From Candidatus Ozemobacteraceae bacterium (GTDB lineage Bacteria > Muiribacteriota > Ozemobacteria > Ozemobacterales > Ozemobacteraceae): 64,000 nt of DNA. The stretch is taken from positions 4,992,001 to 5,056,000 of the forward strand of contig OZ223236.1 in the NCBI GenBank assembly GCA_965140445.1, read 5' to 3'. A program made the position numbers and the translations under genes. Position 1 is the stretch's first letter. Every line of letters starts with the position of its first letter. Under the pieces are notes generated by a model. It searched no databases. It was given only the letters and a program-made list of their open reading frames with translations, and was not told the DNA's origin. Of this stretch, positions 18,952 through 27,425 are shown piece after piece.

Positions 18952-21434
18952 AAAGCAACAAACCTAATTCAAGTTATCTTTCATTAGCTTCATCACTGAT
19001 GCTGATAATTATATGTTTTATCGGTTTAATGTTTTTTCAGCACATAAATGCTGTTACAGTCTATGAAAAAGATAAGATTATTGAAAAATCTAGAAATCTT
19101 GGATTACTTATTTCAAGAAGATTTTCAGACTTTTACAACCAATTTGAGATTTATTCGGAATCAGCTGTATTTGAAAATATCTTTAATCAAGAATTCCCTT
19201 ATCCGATAATTTCCAGAAAAAGAATTAGAAGGTTCTACTCAAGCTACCAAGACATTCTGGAAGAAATTTGTGTTTTTAATGAAGAGGGAAAATTTAAAAC
19301 AGTAACCAGGACTACAGATAATTACTATGACATTAGTAAGACATTTAAAGAAAATTGCCCTTACCCATTCGAGAAAAAAATAGAGCAAACAAATGATTCC
19401 ATAATCATAGTGCTTGATTCCCAGGTTGATAAAAAATTAAAAATTGCCTTTAAGATTAGCCCACACAGATGCATCAGCTCTTCAATTTTTGCATATTCTA
19501 TTTTCAGAAAAACCTGGAGCCAGCTAATCCTCACAGAAAAGGTTTTAGAATCATCTAAGATAACCTTAGGGTCGGCTAAAAAGCTTTTCCCACAGCAACT
19601 GAACTTTGAATTAAGTAGTGATCAACTAAAAAGAGCTCAAGACCAACTTGAAGATATCTCTGAAGTTATGTTCTATCGCAAAGGAACAAATCACGAGATT
19701 TTATTGACTTACTCTCCGGTTAGAATTCTTGATGAATCTTTTTCACTTTTTATTGGCTTTAAAAAAGAAGAAGTTCTAAGCCTGGTTTATTCTTCACAGG
19801 TTTTGTTTTCGGTTATTTTCTGTTTCCTGCTGTTATTCTCCCTTCTTTTCATTACGCTGAGAAAAACTCTGGATAACAGAACCTATCTGACCAAAGAGCT
19901 TCAAAAACAACGAAATATTTTCTCAAACTTAATTGAATCTATGCCAATCGGTATAGCTGTTAAAAACTTTCAAGATGATATGAAATACCTGATTTGTAAT
20001 CCGGCTCTATCTCGAATGTTTAATCTGAGCATAGAAAAAATAGAGGGTAAAGTAGATAAAGAAATACTTCCAACCGAATTAGCGGAAAATTTTAAAACCC
20101 TCGACGATGAAGTAATTGAAACTGTAGAACCTGTTTTTAGAGATAAAATTCTAATGAATTTTGGAAAAGGCGGGGTCTGGATTCGCGCAAACGTCTTTCC
20201 AGTGTTAAATGCATCTGGAAAAATCATTCAGATAATGCATCTCCTGGAAGACGTTACCGAAGGCGTCAAGCTCGAACAACAGCTTCACCACGCGCAAAGA
20301 ATGGATGAGATGGGAAAACTGGCAGGTGGAATTGCTCATGAATTTAATAACCTTCTCCAGGTTATTCTTGGATATAGCGAACTTACAGCTTCTGAAAGCG
20401 ACGATTCATTTATCCTAGAGAATCTGGAACAAATTCAAAAAGCTGGTAAAAGCGCGATGAAGCTAACCAGACAGCTTTTAACTTATAGCAGAAAAACCGA
20501 ATTCAATAAAAAACAGCATAGCCTGGGTGATATTGTAAAAAGCAGTCTACGCATGACTCAGAGAGTTCTAGGCGAGGACATTACCGTTTCTTTGAATCAA
20601 CCAGAAAACCTGATTTTAGTTGAAGCAGATGCTAACCAGATCGATCAAATTCTAATGAACATGTGCATTAACGCTAGAGATGCAATGGAAGGCAAAGGCC
20701 AGATTGAAATCACCCTTAGCAAAGTGCAACAAATAGAAAAAGTATTTGAGATGGGTATAGTAAACACTTCTCCACAAGGGTATGCCAAAATCTATTTTGC
20801 CGATAATGGGCCGGGCATACCAAAAAACCTTATCAATCACGTTTTTGAGCCTTTCTTTACAACAAAAGAAGTTGGAAAAGGCACAGGCCTTGGTTTAGCA
20901 ACAGTTTATGCAATACTAAAGCAACACGGTGGATTCATTTTTATTGATAGCAATTATGAATCTGGAGCAGCATTTGAAATTTTTCTTCCTCTATCAACTG
21001 AAAGTGTTGAGCTAATAGACACTTCAAACAACAAATCAAAGAAAACTGACATGACCATAAAAAGCGATTTCACCATTCTCGTTGCAGAAGATGAAGATTC
21101 AGTCAGAGCTATGTGCGTCAAATTGCTAAAAAGAAATGGCTACAAAGTTCTTATTGCAACAAACGGCGAAGAAGCAATTGAAATTTTTAACCAGCATAAG
21201 GAAGAAGTCTCAATGCTTCTTTTTGACGTGATGATGCCAAAATTAAATGGGAAAGAAGCTTATGAAGAGATAAAAAAAATCAAACCAGAAATCCCAATTT
21301 TATTTTGTACGGGTTACAGTGACCGCATAATCAGTCCCGAGCTATTGGAAAGTAAAAACGTTGAATTGTTAACCAAACCCTATAAAACGGGAGAAATGAT
21401 TTCACTTCTGGATTCAATGCTAAAAAAAAGCTAG
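18948..21434 (+). CDS. Hybrid sensor histidine kinase (TM-periplasmic-TM, PAS, HisKA, HATPase, receiver; CckA-like)
   Basis: GKLAGGIAHEFNNLL, NMCINARDAM, DNGPGI, FEPFFTTKEVGKGTGLGL, receiver AEDE/DVMMP/KP. ATGA overlap with the upstream gene. Confidence 0.95.
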   Translation: MKSNKPNSSYLSLASSLMLIIICFIGLMFFQHINAVTVYEKDKIIEKSRNLGLLISRRFSDFYNQFEIYSESAVFENIFNQEFPYPIISRKRIRRFYSSYQDILEEICVFNEEGKFKTVTRTTDNYYDISKTFKENCPYPFEKKIEQTNDSIIIVLDSQVDKKLKIAFKISPHRCISSSIFAYSIFRKTWSQLILTEKVLESSKITLGSAKKLFPQQLNFELSSDQLKRAQDQLEDISEVMFYRKGTNHEILLTYSPVRILDESFSLFIGFKKEEVLSLVYSSQVLFSVIFCFLLLFSLLFITLRKTLDNRTYLTKELQKQRNIFSNLIESMPIGIAVKNFQDDMKYLICNPALSRMFNLSIEKIEGKVDKEILPTELAENFKTLDDEVIETVEPVFRDKILMNFGKGGVWIRANVFPVLNASGKIIQIMHLLEDVTEGVKLEQQLHHAQRMDEMGKLAGGIAHEFNNLLQVILGYSELTASESDDSFILENLEQIQKAGKSAMKLTRQLLTYSRKTEFNKKQHSLGDIVKSSLRMTQRVLGEDITVSLNQPENLILVEADANQIDQILMNMCINARDAMEGKGQIEITLSKVQQIEKVFEMGIVNTSPQGYAKIYFADNGPGIPKNLINHVFEPFFTTKEVGKGTGLGLATVYAILKQHGGFIFIDSNYESGAAFEIFLPLSTESVELIDTSNNKSKKTDMTIKSDFTILVAEDEDSVRAMCVKLLKRNGYKVLIATNGEEAIEIFNQHKEEVSMLLFDVMMPKLNGKEAYEEIKKIKPEIPILFCTGYSDRIISPELLESKNVELLTKPYKTGEMISLLDSMLKKS

Positions 21435-21462
21435 CCCAATGATTAATTTGAGCTAGCTTTTT
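21425..21462. terminator. Probable bidirectional intrinsic terminator
   Basis: AAAAAGCTAGC-C-CAA / TTG-A-GCTAGCTTTTT stem between convergent genes. Confidence 0.7.
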
Positions 21463-21485
21463 ATAATTAACTTTAACAATGAAGT

Positions 21486-22259
21486 CTATTTTTTATCAGC
21501 GGCTTTAACCTCTTTTTTGGTTTCTTTTTCAACTTCTTTTTTGGCTTTCTTTTTGCTTTTAGCTTTCTTCTCTTTGACCTTTAAATCTACCGTAGCAGCT
21601 GGAACCAGGCGACCTGCAAGAAGTCTGAATTTCTTGTTAGGAGCCCCAGTTTTTGTCTTAAAAATATCTTTCCCTTTGCTATTTTTAAAACTTAGTAACT
21701 CATCGGCTGATTTAAAAGGCTTTTTAGCTCTCTTTGCCACAATCTCTTTTGCAACGCTGGCACTCATACCAGGAAGGCATCTCATCTTGAAAACAGAAGC
21801 AGTATTAAGATCTACCATCTCTTCATTAAAATGGAGCCTCAGTTTTCCCACCAGATTTCTCAACGCACTGGAAACTTTTCCACTTTTGGTTTTTGCAAAT
21901 TTTAATTTTCCGTCAACTTTGATCTTTTCAAAGTCTAGCATTGCTTTAAGAGGAGAAGCCTTTCTGTGAGCTATAATATCTTCTGCCAATGCTTTTCCAA
22001 TGCCTGTTATACTCTTTAGGCCAGAAGCATCTAATTTATTAAGAGCGTCAAGCACCTTTTGATCTACAGGTAGAACTACTTCAGGCTTGCCAATTTCATC
22101 CATCTCAGCTTTTTTCTTTGCCTTGGGAGCTTCCTTTGCTTTCGCTATAACTGGTTTTAGTTCTTTAGTCGCAGCAGCTTTTTTTTCTACGGCAAAACCA
22201 GGAACCACTAACGCAGCCCCCAAGATAACAGTCAAAATAGTCAAAGATATCTTGCGCAT
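21486..22259 (-). CDS. Exported lysine-rich protein with two ComEA-like helix-hairpin-helix modules
   Basis: Signal peptide (MRKISL...GFA); LKSITGIGKALAEDIIAHR and VDLNTAS...LPGMSASVAKEIVAKR..PFKSADEL; K/A/E-rich ends. GGAGGG RBS before ATG at 22259. Confidence 0.8.
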   Translation of the reverse strand: MRKISLTILTVILGAALVVPGFAVEKKAAATKELKPVIAKAKEAPKAKKKAEMDEIGKPEVVLPVDQKVLDALNKLDASGLKSITGIGKALAEDIIAHRKASPLKAMLDFEKIKVDGKLKFAKTKSGKVSSALRNLVGKLRLHFNEEMVDLNTASVFKMRCLPGMSASVAKEIVAKRAKKPFKSADELLSFKNSKGKDIFKTKTGAPNKKFRLLAGRLVPAATVDLKVKEKKAKSKKKAKKEVEKETKKEVKAADKK

Positions 22260-22394
22260 ATTTCCCTCCAAAATTAAGTCTAATTAGTTAATCATAAATG
22301 AGATTTCTGACTTGAGCAATAGACAATCCTTTAAAGTGCTTAATTCAAAATAAGTATGAAAACAAGGCGCTAAAAATTCATCATACACAATTTT

Positions 22395-22423
22395 TCAAAC
22401 GTTCATTTTAAATGATCATTTGA
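22395..22423. promoter_or_regulatory. Putative TetR operator (imperfect inverted repeat)
   Basis: TCAAACGTTCATTT-T-AAATGATCATTTGA, 12 of 14 positions paired, about 50 bp upstream of a TetR gene. Confidence 0.6.
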
Positions 22424-22474
22424 TTTTTTTACCACACCGGAGTAAAATTTAAATACTACAAACCGGAGATTTTT

Positions 22475-23083
22475 ATGAGTTCAACAAAAGATTTGCTAAT
22501 CAATAAAGCGGGAAAATTGTTTGCTGAAAACGGACTAAATGGAACAAGTATAAAAAAAATAGCCGACGAAACTGAACAAAATATAGCTGCTGTAAATTAT
22601 CACTTTGGTTCAAAAGAAAACCTCTTTCTGGAAATTTTAAAAATGGTTTTAAAAAAAGCGGAATTTTCAATCAATGCAGATATCTCAACCCTCAATAAAT
22701 CCCAAGCCATTGATTTAGTTAAAAAGTTTATTGAGGCCAAATGCAATTTTTTTCTCAGCAAAAACAACCCAAATTGGTATGGACAATTAATTGTTAAAGC
22801 TGTTCATGAGACGCCGGAGTCAATTCAAGATAAAGTCGCAAAATTCTTTTACCCGGATTTTGAAAAACTACAGCAATTGGCAATGGTAATTAGACCTGAT
22901 TATACATTCAGTCAAGCCCAACTGTGGGCACACTCCATAATGGGACAAATGGTCTTCTATATATTTGGACAAAAAATGATTTTTGTAACCAATGAAATCT
23001 CTGATTATTCAACAGAATATATTAACAAAGTTATTAAGCACATCTCAGACAGCTCAATCTCATTTATTGAAAGCAAATACTGA
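22475..23083 (+). CDS. TetR family regulator (CecR-like)
   Basis: LFAENGLNGTSIKKIADETEQNIAAVNYHFGSKENL; C-terminal SIMGQMVFY. Confidence 0.92.
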   Translation: MSSTKDLLINKAGKLFAENGLNGTSIKKIADETEQNIAAVNYHFGSKENLFLEILKMVLKKAEFSINADISTLNKSQAIDLVKKFIEAKCNFFLSKNNPNWYGQLIVKAVHETPESIQDKVAKFFYPDFEKLQQLAMVIRPDYTFSQAQLWAHSIMGQMVFYIFGQKMIFVTNEISDYSTEYINKVIKHISDSSISFIESKY

Positions 23084-23096
23084 AAAAGAGGTACGT

Positions 23097-24272
23097 ATGA
23101 AACGCTCTAAAAACTATTCTAAGAAATTTTCACTACTATTCATCGCCTGTTATGTGCTTTTTTCTTCAATTCTTTTTGGACAAGAACAAAAAGAAGTCTC
23201 TGTTACAACGGAAAAAGTTAAAAAAATGGTCTTTGAAGAAGCCTTAAAAGTTCAAGGCAATCTAGACGCTTCTTATAAAGCAAAAGTATCGGCAAGAATT
23301 CCAGGGGCAATTGAAAGCATTTTTGTTCAGGAAGGCGACTCCGTAATAAAAGGCAAAACAAAATTGTTCCAAATTGATTCTCTGAAACTTGAGAAAAATG
23401 TAGAAATCAGGGAACAAGAACTGGCCATTGCAAAATGTGCATTGAAAGAAAAACAAGCCAGATTAAAACAAACTTCTGCTGACCTTGAAAAATCCAAAGC
23501 CGACTTAAAAAGATTCAGATTATTATGGGAATCTAATTCTATAAGTGCTGATGACTATGAGAAGGTTCAGCTTAAATATAAAATCAGCGAAGCTTCTGTA
23601 GAGCATACTCAAACATTGATAGAACTCAGCCGGGAACAGCTTAAGCAAGCAGAATTAGCATTGGGAATTGCTGAAAAGGATTTAAGAGATTCAACTATTT
23701 TCAGCCCTATCGATGGCAAAGTAAGTATGAGGCTTCAAGAACCTGGAGAAATGGCTGCCCCCGGAAAACCAATTGTAATTGTAGAGAATCCAAAGTCCAT
23801 AGAAGTTTCCGCCTACATCCCCGCAAAATACTATTCACAAATTATTCCGGGTAAAACAAAATGTGAAATTTCAATAGAAAGTTCCATAAGAAAAAGCTCT
23901 GACATAGACTACAAAAGCCCAACCATAAACCCAGCCATGCGAACTTTTGAAGTTAAAGCAACATTGAAAAACGAAAACAATTCATTAATTCCGGGGTCTC
24001 TTGCAGAGGTAAAATTGATCCTTTCCAGTAATGAATCTCTGGGAGTTCCAGTTAAATCTATCCTTACAAGAGATGGCAAAAGAGTGATTTTTATACGGAA
24101 CAATAACTCAATTGCCAAAATGGTTGAAATCTCTACCGGAACTGAAAACAACGGCTGGACTGAAGTAACTTCAGATTTTCCTTTAAAAGAAGGTGATGAA
24201 GTTATTACACAAGGTAACTACCTCCTAAATGATGGTATGAGGGTAAAAACCATTACTAGAGGTGAAAACTAA
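23097..24272 (+). CDS. RND efflux periplasmic adaptor (membrane fusion protein)
   Basis: VSARIPGAI..IFVQEGDSV.KG lipoyl half, long coiled coil, IFSPIDGKV, RTFEVKA, GDEVITQG. ATG at 23097 after a GAGG RBS. Confidence 0.93.
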   Translation: MKRSKNYSKKFSLLFIACYVLFSSILFGQEQKEVSVTTEKVKKMVFEEALKVQGNLDASYKAKVSARIPGAIESIFVQEGDSVIKGKTKLFQIDSLKLEKNVEIREQELAIAKCALKEKQARLKQTSADLEKSKADLKRFRLLWESNSISADDYEKVQLKYKISEASVEHTQTLIELSREQLKQAELALGIAEKDLRDSTIFSPIDGKVSMRLQEPGEMAAPGKPIVIVENPKSIEVSAYIPAKYYSQIIPGKTKCEISIESSIRKSSDIDYKSPTINPAMRTFEVKATLKNENNSLIPGSLAEVKLILSSNESLGVPVKSILTRDGKRVIFIRNNNSIAKMVEISTGTENNGWTEVTSDFPLKEGDEVITQGNYLLNDGMRVKTITRGEN

Positions 24273-27200
24273 TGGGCTTAATTGATTTTTCAGTAAAAAG
24301 ATATGTGGCAATTTTTTGTCTAATTATCGCATTAACCGGTCTTGGACTGAACTCTTACCGAAAGCTACCTCTCGAAGAACTTCCTAAAACAGACATGCCC
24401 TATGTAACTGTTTTTACAATATATCCTGGAGCATCTCCTGCAGAGATTGAAACAGATATCGCCAAACCAATCGAAGATGCTGTTGGGACAATTGACGGTT
24501 TAAAAAACATAACTTCCTCCTGCATGGAAAATGCTTGCCAAACATTACTAGAATTTAATATCGGGGTTGATTTTGATCAGGCAGCTAATGATGTTCGTGA
24601 GAAAGTTGATCTGATCTTAAATAATTTTCCAGATGGGGTCGGAAAACCAAAAATTCTCAAATTTGACGTAAACGCTCAGCCTATTATTAACCTGGCCGTT
24701 ACTGGAGAAATCCCATTAATAGACTTATACGACTATGTGGATAACGAGTTTGCCGACAAATTATCCAGTATTCCTGGAGTTGCAGATATCCAACTAATTG
24801 GTGGGGCTAAGCAAAGAATAAGCATTGAGCTTGATAGATCAGCGCTGGCCGCCAGAAATTTAACCAGCTTAGATATTGTTAAGGCCATTAAGAGCGAGAT
24901 AAAACTTATACCATCAGGAAGAGTCAGGCATGAAGGACAAGAATTCTCAATAAAATTTGATGCAGACTATAAAGAGATTTCCGAAATTGAAGATCTGGAA
25001 ATAGCAAACACAAACGCCCAAAGATGTTATTTAAGAGATGTTGCCAAAGTAATTCTGTCCACAGAAGAGCTAAGACAGCTCGCTACAGTAAATGGTAAAA
25101 GCTGTATTGCTGTTAAAATTGTAAAAAAAGCTGAAGCAAATGCAGTTGAAGTTGTTAAACGAGTAAAAGAGCAGATTGCAAAGCTTAAGGCAACCCTTCC
25201 TGGCGGCGTCGAGGTAATTTGGGTGTCTGACATGGGAAACTACATTCAAGCATCAGTAGATAGCGCCGTTTCAAATATATGGCAGGGAATTCTTCTAACT
25301 TCAGTTTTAATGTTCTTTTTCTTGTATAACTTTAGATCCACAATAATCGTTGCAATCACAATGCCTCTTACAATTATTTGTGGATTGTTTATGCTCTATC
25401 TTCTCGCCTATTCATTAAACACGTGCACTTTACTGGCTCTTGGTCTATCCATTGGAATTCTTGTAACCAACTCAATTGTTGTATTGGAAAGCATAGTAAG
25501 CAAGCTCCAGAAAGGAGATTCGCCGGCTTCTGCCTCAATCAACGGAACCAAAGAAGTTCTCATAGCAATACTCGCAAGCGCAGGAACAAATGTTGTTGTT
25601 CTATTTCCAGTTAGCTTGATGAAAGGACAAATTGGCCAATTCTTTATTCCATTTGCCCTCACCATGGTAGGCATAACCGGAATATCTCTTATCATATCAT
25701 TTACATTGACTCCAGCAACATCAGGGCAGCTTCTTAAAGAAAAAACGGATTCCGACAATACTGAAACCGGGCTTCTTTTAAAAATGGAAAAAGCATGGAA
25801 TTCCGCCTTTGATTTTATGGTTGCTGGATTTACTTCTTTTATTCAAAAAATATTCAGGAAAAGAGTGTTGAGCATTTTAATCCTTTTTATATCTGCTTTG
25901 CTTTTACTCCAATCTTTATCTCTGGTTCCCGCAATTGGCTTTTCATTTATTCCCAGAACAGATCGTGGCGAACTTGTTCTAAAGCTTGAATTCCCAACCT
26001 CATACTCGCTAGAAGCAACCAGGGAAAGAGTTAAAGAAATAAACGAATCACTTATAAATCTTCCATATATTAAAAATCGCCTGGTTACAATTGGAAAAAT
26101 TGATGGTACGGTTGGGCAAACCTCAGAAGGCGTTCATCTTGCCCAGATTCTTTGCATATTCTCAGACAAAAATCAACGTAATCAAGGCATCGAAGAATTG
26201 GCAGATTTGGTTAGAAAAAAAGTAGAGAACCTTCCTGATCTTATTGCTACAGTTACGCTTCCAGATTCTGTAGGAGCTGGTGCTGATCTAAAAATGGTTA
26301 TAAAAGGTCCAGATTTTTCTGAGCTTGACCGCCTGGGCCTTGCCGTAGCCAAAGAATCCATAAAGCTTGATGAGATTGTTGATGTGGACACCTCGATCAG
26401 GCCAGGAAAACCAGAAATTAGAGTTACCCCACGGCGAGCTATTTTAAGCGATTTAAAAATTCCAGCAACCATGCTCGGAATGATGCTTAGAACTAATATT
26501 GAAGGAGCAAATGCTGGCACCTTTAAAAAGAATTCAAGAACTTACGACATCGTTGTAAAGCTCAAAGAAAAACAAGGATTGGAACAAATTGCCAGTTTGG
26601 AACTTCCTGGAATGGCCGGGCATCCAGTTATTCTTGAAAATTTTGCTGATGTTACCAGAAAGATAGCTTCAGTCCTAATAACAAGAAGGAATAAAGAGCG
26701 CGCTTCAGTCATTTATTCAAACCTGAAAAAGGGAGCTCCACTCGGAACAGCTGCGGATAAGGTTGCCAATATACTGGAAAAACAGATACAGCTGCCTCCT
26801 GGCTACTCCTATGAATTTTTTGGAAAAATCGAAGCAATGAAAGAAGGCCAGCGAGACTTTCTGGAAGTTGGAATAACAGCATTTCTTCTCACATATTTGC
26901 TATTGTGTTCGATCCTGAATTCCTTTAAAAGGCCAATTATTATTCTTCTTACCATTCCTCTTGGTCTCATGGGAAGCTTGTGGAGCCTTTATCTTACAGG
27001 AGAATCCATCTCAATGATGGTTTTACTTGGAAGCGTCATGCTAATCGGAATCGTTGTAAATAATGCAATCTTGATTATGGATAAGGTTCAAGAAGAAATG
27101 GAAAGTGGAATCACCCCCGAAGAAGCCATGCTTAATGCCCTAAGAAGTAGAATGCGCGCAATCGTGATGATCACTTTAGCTGCTATCCTTGGAATGCTAC

Positions 27201-27346
27201 CGATGGCCATAGATCAATCTCTTGGAAGTGAGCAACGTTCTGGAATTGGGATTGCGGCAATTGGAGGCTTATTAATCTCAACCATTTTCACTATGATCGT
27301 ACTTCCGATAATGTTTAACCTAGCCAATAAAAATACAAAAGCCTGA
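24272..27346 (+). CDS. RND (AcrB family) permease
   Basis: YPGASPAEIE..IAKPIEDAV, NDVREKV, GIVVNNAIL, GMLPMA; 1024 aa; TAATG overlap with the adaptor gene. Confidence 0.95.
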   Translation: MGLIDFSVKRYVAIFCLIIALTGLGLNSYRKLPLEELPKTDMPYVTVFTIYPGASPAEIETDIAKPIEDAVGTIDGLKNITSSCMENACQTLLEFNIGVDFDQAANDVREKVDLILNNFPDGVGKPKILKFDVNAQPIINLAVTGEIPLIDLYDYVDNEFADKLSSIPGVADIQLIGGAKQRISIELDRSALAARNLTSLDIVKAIKSEIKLIPSGRVRHEGQEFSIKFDADYKEISEIEDLEIANTNAQRCYLRDVAKVILSTEELRQLATVNGKSCIAVKIVKKAEANAVEVVKRVKEQIAKLKATLPGGVEVIWVSDMGNYIQASVDSAVSNIWQGILLTSVLMFFFLYNFRSTIIVAITMPLTIICGLFMLYLLAYSLNTCTLLALGLSIGILVTNSIVVLESIVSKLQKGDSPASASINGTKEVLIAILASAGTNVVVLFPVSLMKGQIGQFFIPFALTMVGITGISLIISFTLTPATSGQLLKEKTDSDNTETGLLLKMEKAWNSAFDFMVAGFTSFIQKIFRKRVLSILILFISALLLLQSLSLVPAIGFSFIPRTDRGELVLKLEFPTSYSLEATRERVKEINESLINLPYIKNRLVTIGKIDGTVGQTSEGVHLAQILCIFSDKNQRNQGIEELADLVRKKVENLPDLIATVTLPDSVGAGADLKMVIKGPDFSELDRLGLAVAKESIKLDEIVDVDTSIRPGKPEIRVTPRRAILSDLKIPATMLGMMLRTNIEGANAGTFKKNSRTYDIVVKLKEKQGLEQIASLELPGMAGHPVILENFADVTRKIASVLITRRNKERASVIYSNLKKGAPLGTAADKVANILEKQIQLPPGYSYEFFGKIEAMKEGQRDFLEVGITAFLLTYLLLCSILNSFKRPIIILLTIPLGLMGSLWSLYLTGESISMMVLLGSVMLIGIVVNNAILIMDKVQEEMESGITPEEAMLNALRSRMRAIVMITLAAILGMLPMAIDQSLGSEQRSGIGIAAIGGLLISTIFTMIVLPIMFNLANKNTKA

Positions 27347-27361
27347 TTCGAAAGAATAGAA

Positions 27362-27406
27362 AAAAGGCTTCAAAACTCATACTTAATAAGAGTTTTGAAG
27401 CCTTTT
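27362..27406. terminator. Bidirectional intrinsic terminator
   Basis: 17-bp perfect stem AAAAGGCTTCAAAACTC / GAGTTTTGAAGCCTTTT between the convergent RND and PLD genes. Confidence 0.85.
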
Positions 27407-27425
27407 GGCTTTTAAATTACTTTAT

